Source: a virus. From it: a DNA stretch of 64,000 bases. The notes under the pieces were generated by a model. That model did not search any database and was not told the DNA's origin. It was given only the letters and a program-made list of their open reading frames with translations. Of this stretch, positions 35,845-43,012 are shown piece after piece. The stretch lies in the IMG/VR virus record IMGVR_UViG_3300020045_011333, positions 32,001 through 96,000 of that record; one strand, written 5' to 3'. Every line of letters starts with the position of its first letter. Position 1 is the first letter of the stretch. The position numbers were made by a program, and so were the translations under genes.

Positions 35845-36084
35845 ATGTTTTTAACAGTCTATGTCACAGAGTGGGACGAACCTTCTCGTCGCCACGTATT
35901 AAATTTATTAGATCAACCACATAAAGTGATTGACATTGACAAAAATCCTGATATAGCTGAGACTCAAAAGATTAAGGCTGTACCGACGACGCAGATTTAC
36001 GATAAAGACGGCGTATTATTAGCAACCAAAATTGGTGCCGCAACTAAATCAATTATAGAAGAGTGGATCAGAGAATGTCAATAA
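35845..36084 (+). CDS. Thioredoxin-fold protein lacking the CxxC cysteines (WDEPS)
   Basis: TEWDEPSR in place of xxWCGPCK; IDIDKNPDIA...IKAVPT...G Trx signature. Confidence 0.7.
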   Translation: MFLTVYVTEWDEPSRRHVLNLLDQPHKVIDIDKNPDIAETQKIKAVPTTQIYDKDGVLLATKIGAATKSIIEEWIRECQ

Positions 36085-36404
36085 TTAGCTTGAAAGAAAG
36101 AAGCAAACTAATCATAGCCTTTCGTATTATAGAATTTGGAAATTTTTTAGAAATTAAAGATTTTTTATCTGAATTCTATAATGGAAGTTTTTGTTTATTA
36201 ATTTATTTAAGAGAGACTTTGAAAAATACAAATGACATTGTAAATAGAGTTAAAGAAGATAAAATATTATTAACTACTGATTCTTCCGAACATGAAATTA
36301 AGTTTGGAAATGTTATTGTAATAGAAGATAACAAAATTAATATTTTTGATACAATCCATGACATGAACGAAAAATATGTTGAAATAAAGAAAAATAACAC
36401 TTGA
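36063..36404 (+). CDS. Hypothetical protein
   Basis: ORF track. Confidence 0.45.
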   Translation: MDQRMSIISLKERSKLIIAFRIIEFGNFLEIKDFLSEFYNGSFCLLIYLRETLKNTNDIVNRVKEDKILLTTDSSEHEIKFGNVIVIEDNKINIFDTIHDMNEKYVEIKKNNT

Positions 36405-36447
36405 CATTTCAAAAACAATGTGTTATAGTTATAGTCCAACTAAATAT

Positions 36448-36524
36448 TGCGGGGTAGAGCAGTCTGGTAGCTCGTCTGCCTCATAAGCAGAAGGTCACAG
36501 GTTCAAATCCTGTCCCCGCAACCA
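36448..36524 (+). tRNA. tRNA-Met (CAT), initiator-like body
   Basis: Cloverleaf TGCGGGG/CCCCGCA, loop CTCATAA, TTCAAAT, CCA; U1:A72 paired and no triple G:C in the anticodon stem. Confidence 0.9.
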
Positions 36525-36601
36525 TAACTATATAAAGAAATAAAATACAATTATGAATTGTTACCAACCCTTCAGTAATATAACCAATCATTACGATAAG
36601 A

Positions 36602-36739
36602 ATGAATAAAATAACAATTTTATTCATAATAGGGTATATCGTAATGTTAGCAGGATTTTTAAGTTCTGCTATTTTTTTGCCTATAAGTTTATTCATTATA
36701 ATGACAGCCGTTTGGCTCAGTGAGAAAGAGGACGATTAA
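36602..36739 (+). CDS. Small hydrophobic membrane protein (45 aa), not in the ORF track
   Basis: MNKITILFIIGYIVMLAGFLSSAIFLPISLFIIMTAVWLSEKEDD. Confidence 0.4.
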   Translation: MNKITILFIIGYIVMLAGFLSSAIFLPISLFIIMTAVWLSEKEDD

Positions 36740-36888
36740 TCATGGTTGAAACTAAAATTATTAAATCTTCTACAGGCGAGAAGTATGTAGCCGTTTTTAT
36801 TGATGGAAAAGAAATCTTACCGGCACAAGATAAAAAGTCTTGACAATTCATAATAACAATGATATAGTTATGATCTGAAATAAAGTTA

Positions 36889-36962
36889 CGATGGGTAGTT
36901 TAATTTAAGAGAACAGTTCCGTTGAGGAAAAAATGCTGGCGAGTCACCAGCCCCGTTGACCA
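36889..36962 (+). pseudogene. Degenerate tRNA-like element (UUG at best)
   Basis: 7-bp acceptor, 4-bp D stem, GCTGG/CCAGC T stem with non-canonical loop CGAGTCA, ACCA end; short anticodon arm. Confidence 0.6.
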
Positions 36963-36970
36963 AATAAAAT

Positions 36971-37046
36971 GTCAGTATAGCTCAGTCGGTAGAGCAAACG
37001 CTTGATAAGCGTTAGGCCAGAGGTTCAAGTCCTTTTACTGATACCA
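36971..37046 (+). tRNA. tRNA-Ile (GAT)
   Basis: Canonical cloverleaf, loop TTGATAA, CCA. Confidence 0.95.
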
Positions 37047-37087
37047 AAAAGTGGAGGAGAAAATAAAGCATTAAAGAAAGATTTAAA

Positions 37088-37222
37088 ATGCTAAAATTTC
37101 TCAACAAGTGGAATAAACGACGAAATACTGTTAATGAACTAAGTCGAATGTCTGACAGGGAACTGAGTGATATCGGTATTAGTCGTTTAAATATTAAAGA
37201 AGTAGCTAGAGATTTAATTTAG
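37088..37222 (+). CDS. DUF1127 (YjiS-like) small protein, 44 aa, not in the ORF track
   Basis: W.KRR.T..ELSRMSDRELSDIGISR..I signature; GGAGG upstream. Confidence 0.8.
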   Translation: MLKFLNKWNKRRNTVNELSRMSDRELSDIGISRLNIKEVARDLI

Positions 37223-37237
37223 ATTTTTTAGTTATAA

Positions 37238-37314
37238 CAGGGTGTAGCTCAACTTGGTGGAGCGCAAGCTTTGGAAGCTTGAGGTTATCTGTTCAATTCA
37301 GATCATCCTGACCA
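37238..37314 (+). tRNA. tRNA-Pro (TGG)
   Basis: Cloverleaf, loop TTTGGAA, CCA. Confidence 0.9.
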
Positions 37315-37341
37315 ATTAACATAACAAAAGGAATACCATAC

Positions 37342-37503
37342 ATGCTAGGCACAATTTTAATTATTGTTCTAATTCTTCTATTGATTGGAGCTATCCCCGG
37401 AAGTCCCGTAAATTATGGTTTTGGTAATGGACTAAATGGTGGTCTTGGTATTGTTCTGGTAATTCTAATTATCCTTGCGTTAACTGGCACAATTCATATT
37501 TAA
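37342..37503 (+). CDS. DUF3309-like small membrane protein, 53 aa, not in the ORF track
   Basis: MLGTILIIVLILLLIGAIP....GGLGIVLVILIILALTG; AAGGA SD. Confidence 0.75.
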   Translation: MLGTILIIVLILLLIGAIPGSPVNYGFGNGLNGGLGIVLVILIILALTGTIHI

Positions 37504-37508
37504 ACAAA

Positions 37509-37583
37509 GCACCTAGAGCAAGTAGGACATGCAGGGACTTCTAAACTCCTGAAAAGTCGGCTCGATACCGACTAGGTGCACCA
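37509..37583 (+). tRNA. tRNA with ambiguous anticodon: CTA (amber suppressor) in the best-pairing register, TCT (Arg) in the alternative
   Basis: GCACCTA/TAGGTGC acceptor, GTCGG/CCGAC T stem, CCA; anticodon arm GGGAC-TTCTAAA-CTCCT. Confidence 0.75.
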
Positions 37584-37727
37584 AATTACTATTCTCATAA
37601 TAGAGGAAATATAAATGGTCGACGAAACGTAGGTATACAAGTTCTCCTCTTATATCAGAGATGGCCCTTCTTAATATCATTTATTAAGATTTAAATCATC
37701 ATCAAAATATAATCGGAGAATACCTAA

Positions 37728-38054
37728 ATGTCTATCGAACTTAAAATTAAATCAAAACATCTTACTGAAGAAGCAAAAATTATTCGTTTCGAGGAAAGAA
37801 AACAAAAAGCTAGAAATAAAGAATTATTTTGGTCCTTAAGAAGCCACAGAACATGGGAAGTAAGGAATGAAAATAGAGCTACGTTTTTAGCCCGTGCTTA
37901 TTTAGCTGGAAAATCTTATAAATCTATTGAACATAAAGTTCATGATATTTGGAAGTTGAAAGCTTACATTTTACCAAGAACTTTAGTAATGGTAAATAAA
38001 TACGGAACTATAAAATTAACTAAAGATGATTTAATTAATTGGATCAGTGAATAA
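37728..38054 (+). CDS. Conserved basic phage protein (108 aa)
   Basis: LKIK.K.L.EEA.IIR.EE...HR...VRNE.RAT.LA.A...G..Y..IE family pattern; GGAG SD. Confidence 0.65.
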   Translation: MSIELKIKSKHLTEEAKIIRFEERKQKARNKELFWSLRSHRTWEVRNENRATFLARAYLAGKSYKSIEHKVHDIWKLKAYILPRTLVMVNKYGTIKLTKDDLINWISE

Positions 38055-38061
38055 ATAAAAT

Positions 38062-38128
38062 TAAGGTTTCCTCTTCCTGATGCTTTGAGGAATTAAATTA
38101 AGTGAGTGTGACACTTAGGCCTTGACCA
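38062..38128 (+). ncRNA. CCA-ended tRNA-like element with only two internal hairpins
   Basis: TAAGGTT/GGCCTTG (3 G:U) acceptor-like stem, TAAGTG/CACTTA arm with 7-nt loop, ACCA, 2 nt before tRNA-Thr. Confidence 0.35.
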
Positions 38129-38130
38129 AT

Positions 38131-38207
38131 GCCGATTTAACTCAGTTCGGTAGAGTAGCTGATTTGTAATCAGTTTGTCAGGGGTTCAAATCCTCTAATC
38201 GGCTCCA
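38131..38207 (+). tRNA. tRNA-Thr (TGT)
   Basis: Cloverleaf, loop TTTGTAA, CCA. Confidence 0.95.
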
Positions 38208-38208
38208 T

Positions 38209-38283
38209 GCTCTCTTCGTCTAGTGGCTAGGATAGGACGCTTTCATCGTCCAGAAGACGGATCGAAACCGTCAGAGAGTACCA
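38209..38283 (+). tRNA. tRNA-Glu (TTC)
   Basis: Cloverleaf, loop CTTTCAT, T-loop ATCGAAA, CCA. Confidence 0.9.
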
Positions 38284-38329
38284 TTACTAAAACCATATTA
38301 ATAAATAATAACAAAAAGAATAATATTAA

Positions 38330-40504
38330 ATGGCACTTACCTCCGCTCAAGTTAAAGCTAAAATTGATAAACTTTCAGTCAATATGGATAGGCTGGATCA
38401 GATTGTCAATGGTAGTGATACAGCTACTGTAGTAACAGACAATTCTATTGTCCCTTCTGTAGCTAAATTTTTTAAAACTTTAGAAGATGCTGGTGGTAGT
38501 GGTGCTGGCGGATATTATTTACCTGAGAAATATGGAGCGACGGGTAATGATCCCGTTCACGACGACTATCCGGGTATAAGAGCAGCTATGGATGCAGCAT
38601 TAGCTGCTGGCGGCGGCTCTATTTATTTTTACCCAGAAAAGACTTATTATCTTTCTCAAACTTTAGAAGTTGATCCTTCTAGGCTTACTATTATTGGTAA
38701 CAGTGCAAGGTGGGATTTTAGACTCAAGAATTTTATTGATCCTGCTACTATTGGAGAGTCCGTTAACAATCCTGATTTTAATGGACAAACCGGCTGGTCC
38801 ACAAGCCCATTTAATGGTAATACGATTACTTATGGATCGTCCACTGTTTCAGCACCTAATGTAGCTTCTGAAGGCGCTACTATTGGCACATATTCTGAAT
38901 TTGGACAACAAATGACGATGCAGCCGGGGAAAATGTACCGAGTTACGTTGCAAGTCGATAGTATTGATACGATTACTGTGGGTATTAACACTAGCAGGTC
39001 TGTAGGGGTCAGTTTCAGACAGTATGGGATAGGTAATGGTGGTTCAGATGGCACTTTAAGATGGGCCTCAAACACTAATACAGAATATAGTACTACTAAG
39101 ACTTGGGTTTGGGATGTATTAAATAATTTTACTAATCCGTATCTAACTGTTCAATCTAATAACGGATTTGTGATAACTAGAATTTCTGTTAAAGAATTAC
39201 CTAATAATACAATGGTATTAATGAGAGTACCACCAAGCGGACAACTTAGAGGACATAATTTCCACTCTATTTATAATTTAAAAATTAGAGGTAAATCTGG
39301 TACAAGTCTATATTCGGATGGGATAGTATTTGATACACCAACTAGCGGATTTGCTTCTCGTGTAAATATCTATAATCTTGATCTTTCCGAAAATGTGGGC
39401 CGAGGGTTTATTTTTCAAAACCGTGCCTACCTTATGAATTTTTATAGCTGCCGAGTCGTATGTTCTGTATCGTGCGTAGATACTCTTAGAGGATCTGCTG
39501 ACGCGGGAGAAAACATTAATTTCTTCGGAGGAAATTTAGGAGGAGGATTGGTTGGGATTACGTCCAGAAATATGGATATTAGATGCCATGGCATGTCTAT
39601 TGATTTTTCTCGCCAATGGATTGTTTCTAGGGGTGGTGTTGTTGAACTTATTGGTTGCCACTTAGAAAATTCTGATTTTGAAACTGATCAAACCGCTACG
39701 GATAATCAGTATCGAATTGACGTAGATGGTGGAACTGTTCTGATTGATGGTGGTTATGTACTAAACGGAGGAACCACAGCCAATCTAGTTAATGCTCTCG
39801 CTCCTTTTAGATGCACCAATGGCACTATTAGAATAAGGAATGCCGCTTATTATGGATTAAATGGCTCGCTAGGAAAAATCTCCGTAGGCGATGGTAAAGT
39901 GGAAATGTTTAAATGTCATAACACTTCTGGCCCAACAGCCACAATAATTGCTGACAATTCTAATGAAGTACCACCTATCGAAGGTACTGTTGTCCCGTTC
40001 GATATACCAGTTACATCAGGCACAACGATATTATCAGTAGCTATGAGTACGGAGCAAGCCAGAACTGGTACTTCATCTATTAAAATTCTGAAAAGTGGGC
40101 TTGGACCGGGCGTAGCTGCAACTGCTTATCTACTATTCCCTTGCGGTGCTTATCGTGGTTTTGGTATGGAAGCGTGGTGGAAAGTTCCTATTACTTCGGG
40201 ATTAACTAATCCATTTCCTGTATTTTTACAAACGGGGTGGTGTAGAGCGGTTAGAGGAACTGACGGTGCATTTAAAATTGTTAAAACAACTTTGGTTTCT
40301 GATTTACCATTAACAAATATTGATCCTACTATTGATAATCCTTGGACTAGAGTAGGCTCAATGACAACACGTCTGGATGGTAGCTCGTCTCATGATGGCG
40401 AAGCCCCACCTTGGGCTACCCATGCTTTTATGAATGTGGCTATGGTTCAAGCGCCTAATGGTGCAGCAATCTACTTTGACGATGTTCACTTTAATCAATA
40501 TTAA
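38330..40504 (+). CDS. Tailspike 2 (shared N-terminal anchor, pectate-lyase-like beta-helix, carbohydrate-binding insertions), inside the tRNA array
   Basis: N-terminus nearly identical to 33898; YLPEKYGATG....DD...I.AA..A..A.GGG.IYF motif. Confidence 0.8.
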   Translation: MALTSAQVKAKIDKLSVNMDRLDQIVNGSDTATVVTDNSIVPSVAKFFKTLEDAGGSGAGGYYLPEKYGATGNDPVHDDYPGIRAAMDAALAAGGGSIYFYPEKTYYLSQTLEVDPSRLTIIGNSARWDFRLKNFIDPATIGESVNNPDFNGQTGWSTSPFNGNTITYGSSTVSAPNVASEGATIGTYSEFGQQMTMQPGKMYRVTLQVDSIDTITVGINTSRSVGVSFRQYGIGNGGSDGTLRWASNTNTEYSTTKTWVWDVLNNFTNPYLTVQSNNGFVITRISVKELPNNTMVLMRVPPSGQLRGHNFHSIYNLKIRGKSGTSLYSDGIVFDTPTSGFASRVNIYNLDLSENVGRGFIFQNRAYLMNFYSCRVVCSVSCVDTLRGSADAGENINFFGGNLGGGLVGITSRNMDIRCHGMSIDFSRQWIVSRGGVVELIGCHLENSDFETDQTATDNQYRIDVDGGTVLIDGGYVLNGGTTANLVNALAPFRCTNGTIRIRNAAYYGLNGSLGKISVGDGKVEMFKCHNTSGPTATIIADNSNEVPPIEGTVVPFDIPVTSGTTILSVAMSTEQARTGTSSIKILKSGLGPGVAATAYLLFPCGAYRGFGMEAWWKVPITSGLTNPFPVFLQTGWCRAVRGTDGAFKIVKTTLVSDLPLTNIDPTIDNPWTRVGSMTTRLDGSSSHDGEAPPWATHAFMNVAMVQAPNGAAIYFDDVHFNQY

Positions 40505-40510
40505 TAAAAT

Positions 40511-40585
40511 GCGGGTTTAGCTCAGAGGTAGAGCGTCTGATTTCCAATCAGAATGTCGCGAGTTCGATCCTCGCAATCCGCTCCA
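40511..40585 (+). tRNA. tRNA-Gly (TCC)
   Basis: Cloverleaf, loop TTTCCAA, CCA. Confidence 0.95.
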
Positions 40586-40602
40586 AAATTTAAAGGTGTT
40601 AA

Positions 40603-40845
40603 ATGGCGCATTTTATAAATAAACTAGTTGACAACGATGGTACTTTATGGTATCAGTACCATCGTAGAGCTACTGGAAGAATGTATGAGAGTCGCACGGT
40701 GTGGGGCGAAGATATTGGACAAGCTAGAGTCTTTACCACAGAAAGTGCTGCCAAGAGAAGTTCTAATGAAGAACGTTCAGAAGTAGTAGAAGTAGAAATT
40801 AAAATAATTAGTAACAATAGCTCAGTTGGTAGAGCGCCTGATTGA
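40603..40845 (+). CDS. Hypothetical protein (80 aa); 3' end overlaps tRNA-Phe
   Basis: AAGG SD; ORF track. Confidence 0.5.
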   Translation: MAHFINKLVDNDGTLWYQYHRRATGRMYESRTVWGEDIGQARVFTTESAAKRSSNEERSEVVEVEIKIISNNSSVGRAPD

Positions 40846-40886
40846 AGCTCAGGAAGTCCGTGGTTCGAATCCTCGTTGTTACACCA
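40811..40886 (+). tRNA. tRNA-Phe (GAA)
   Basis: Cloverleaf, loop TTGAAGC, CCA. Confidence 0.95.
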
Positions 40887-40891
40887 AATAA

Positions 40892-40967
40892 GCGGCGGTA
40901 GTTTATACGGTAAAACCTAGGTCTCCAAAACCTAAGAAGCAGGTTCGAGTTCCTGAACGTCGTGCCA
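40892..40967 (+). tRNA. tRNA-Trp (CCA)
   Basis: Cloverleaf, loop CTCCAAA, G73-CCA. Confidence 0.85.
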
Positions 40968-40994
40968 AAAATTATAAAGTAAAAGGAAAAATTA

Positions 40995-41204
40995 ATGCAG
41001 AAGTCAACAGATAAACTAGGCCAACATCCTATGGACCGTCGAGTAAATGGTCGGATGAAAATTCTACGAATTAAGAATGAAGATGGCACTGTAACTAAAA
41101 CTCGTATGGAAGTTCCATATGCTCGTCCTCGTTTTGAGCGTTATGAACCTTTTGTAAATCTAGGTAAGAAGTATCCCTTTGGCTCTAAGAAACAAGGTTT
41201 CTAA
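40995..41204 (+). CDS. Small basic hypothetical protein (69 aa)
   Basis: AAGGA SD. Confidence 0.6.
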   Translation: MQKSTDKLGQHPMDRRVNGRMKILRIKNEDGTVTKTRMEVPYARPRFERYEPFVNLGKKYPFGSKKQGF

Positions 41205-41392
41205 TGGTTGAAGTTCTTTTAATTTCTCGTATTATTCTATTAGTGCTATTTCCTTTAATTTTATGGCACTTGCATACTATTAAACTTTGGTCTTTTGATA
41301 AATTATTAGCTGTGCTAGTTTATAGCTTTTTAGGTCTTGACTTTGCTGCTAATGCATATAGAGTAGCATCTTACGTTATAGGAATTTTATAA
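41204..41392 (+). CDS. Small two-TM membrane protein (62 aa)
   Basis: Two hydrophobic helices; coupled to the upstream ORF. Confidence 0.55.
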   Translation: MVEVLLISRIILLVLFPLILWHLHTIKLWSFDKLLAVLVYSFLGLDFAANAYRVASYVIGIL

Positions 41393-41773
41393 ATGGAATA
41401 TTGGGGCAAACATTTGCTTATTGATGCAAAGGCAGGATCAATTCCAGCTATTTCATCTAAAGAACATATTGCTAAATTCGTAGATGATCTTGTAATTGAG
41501 ATTGATATGATTAAGTACGGACCTCTTTGGATCGAGCGTTTTGCTACACACGATCCGGTTAAGTCCGGCATCTCATTTGTACAAATGATTGAAACAAGTA
41601 ATATTACAGGCCATCTAGTTGACGCTGATGGGGATTTCTATATTGATATTTTTTCATGTAAAGATTATAAAGTAGACGATGTTCTAGATTTGGTGCAAGA
41701 ATATTTTAATCCTAAGAGTGTTTCTTATAAAGTTGTTAATCGTGACGCTAAGTTAGAGCCACTGATTATTTGA
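41393..41773 (+). CDS. speD: S-adenosylmethionine decarboxylase proenzyme-like (pyruvoyl-dependent)
   Basis: WGKHLLID, G.S.VQMIETSNITGH self-cleavage region, YIDIFSCK. Confidence 0.85.
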   Translation: MEYWGKHLLIDAKAGSIPAISSKEHIAKFVDDLVIEIDMIKYGPLWIERFATHDPVKSGISFVQMIETSNITGHLVDADGDFYIDIFSCKDYKVDDVLDLVQEYFNPKSVSYKVVNRDAKLEPLII

Positions 41774-41777
41774 ATAT

Positions 41778-41869
41778 GGAAGGTGATTGTGCTAGGTAGC
41801 ATACACGGTTTTGAAAACCGTTGGAACGTAGCGATACGTTTGGAGTTCGATACTGCCCGCCTTCTTCCA
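41778..41869 (+). tRNA. tRNA-Ser (TGA), atypical
   Basis: Long variable arm AACGTA-GCGA-TACGTT, loop TTTGAAA, CCA; irregular T stem and U73. Confidence 0.75.
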
Positions 41870-41901
41870 TTATAATTTTAAAAAGAAAGAGAGATTACCC
41901 G

Positions 41902-42507
41902 ATGAAATCTTATTTACTTATTGACCGTTCCGGCTCCATGGCCAGTCGTTGGGCCGAAACTATTGGCGCTGTTAATGCATATGTCGAAGAACTAGCAAAA
42001 GATAAAGCTGGTAAGAAGGCTGATATTACTGTAGCTGTTTTTGATAGTGCCGCACCATTTGAACTTATTCGTGAAGATGTAAAAGTTTCTGAGTGGAAGC
42101 CTATTGCTCTTAATGAAGTTAGTCCACGCGGATCAACTCCTCTGTTTGACGCAGTGGGAACTTTAGTTCAAAAAGTTAAGGCCGCTTCTCCTAAGAAAGC
42201 TGCTGTGATTATTCTAACAGACGGTATGGAAAATTGTAGCAGAGAAATTAAAAAGGAAACTGCTAAAATTCTGCTTGACGAACTTCGTGCCAAGAATTAT
42301 GATGTTTCCTTCATCGGTGCCGACTTTGATGCATTTAGTCAGAGTAGTGGTTTAGGAAATGGTTATGGTAATACTATCATTATGAATGCTGGTAATTATG
42401 AAAAGGCATTTAGAGGTTTGGCTACTAAGTCTGCGAGTTATGCCGCAACTGGTTTAGTAGCTGAGTTTACGGATCAAGAGCGTAGTGCAGCCGTAGGTAA
42501 GAAGTAA
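41902..42507 (+). CDS. von Willebrand factor type A domain protein
   Basis: LLIDRSGSM (DxSxS MIDAS), PRGSTPLFDAVG, ILTDGMEN; the ORF-track start lies inside the tRNA. Confidence 0.85.
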   Translation: MKSYLLIDRSGSMASRWAETIGAVNAYVEELAKDKAGKKADITVAVFDSAAPFELIREDVKVSEWKPIALNEVSPRGSTPLFDAVGTLVQKVKAASPKKAAVIILTDGMENCSREIKKETAKILLDELRAKNYDVSFIGADFDAFSQSSGLGNGYGNTIIMNAGNYEKAFRGLATKSASYAATGLVAEFTDQERSAAVGKK

Positions 42508-42514
42508 AATAGAA

Positions 42515-42589
42515 GACTAGGAGGCAGAAGGGTTATGCGTTGGACTGCAAATCCGATATGTGGGAGTTCGAACCTCTCTCTAGTCTCCA
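42515..42589 (+). tRNA. tRNA-Cys (GCA)
   Basis: Cloverleaf, loop CTGCAAA, U73-CCA. Confidence 0.9.
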
Positions 42590-42593
42590 AAAA

Positions 42594-42680
42594 CGAGAAT
42601 GAAGCAGTCGGGTGATTGCAATGGTTTGCTAAACCAATTGGGCCGCAAGGTTTGGGGATCAAGACCTCCGTTCTCGGCCA
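42594..42680 (+). tRNA. tRNA-Ser (GCT)
   Basis: Long variable arm, loop TTGCTAA, G73-CCA. Confidence 0.85.
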
Positions 42681-42733
42681 TTATAATTTAGTATTTGACA
42701 GGTATTAAATTAAAAATAAATGAAGTGTTAAGT

Positions 42734-42809
42734 TCTCTACAATCCAAGCTTGGTGCATGGACGTGCCTGTTAAGCACTGATTAGCTCAGTTCGATTCTGA
42801 GGTAGAGAG
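42734..42809 (+). tRNA. tRNA-Asn (GTT), no encoded CCA, acceptor helix extended by flanking inverted repeat
   Basis: Loop CTGTTAA, G73; flanked by GAAGTGTTAAG/CTTAACACTTC. Confidence 0.8.
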
Positions 42810-42825
42810 CTTAACACTTCTAAAT

Positions 42826-42911
42826 GGGTCTGCGGCAAAGCAGGAGAGTTGCGCCAGACTGTAAATCTGGTCCATAATGGTGAGTAGGCTCGATACCTTC
42901 CAGACCCACCA
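42826..42911 (+). tRNA. tRNA-Tyr (GTA)
   Basis: Long variable arm, loop CTGTAAA, T-loop CTCGATA, A73-CCA. Confidence 0.9.
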
Positions 42912-42928
42912 AATTAAATTTACTTAGG

Positions 42929-43000
42929 TGGCTGGTCGTCTAATGGTAAGACGCTAGATTTTGGTTCTGGATATTGGAGGTTCAAGTCCTCCCCGGCCAT
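42929..43000 (+). tRNA. tRNA-Gln (TTG), no encoded CCA
   Basis: Cloverleaf with U1:A72, loop TTTTGGT. Confidence 0.85.
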
Positions 43001-43012
43001 CTAAATAAATTT

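Noticed and set aside
36481-36696. Minus-strand 71-aa ORF
   Set aside because: Antisense to tRNA-Met and to a plus-strand ORF; its apparent similarity arises from a palindrome
37655-37700. Fluoride riboswitch (GAGATGGC...)
   Set aside because: Lacks the downstream GCTGATGA element and the P1 complement
33898-40504. Diversity-generating retroelement or invertase-based tail-fibre switching
   Set aside because: No reverse transcriptase, template/variable repeat pair or recombinase; the shared tract is a direct repeat at the 5' ends
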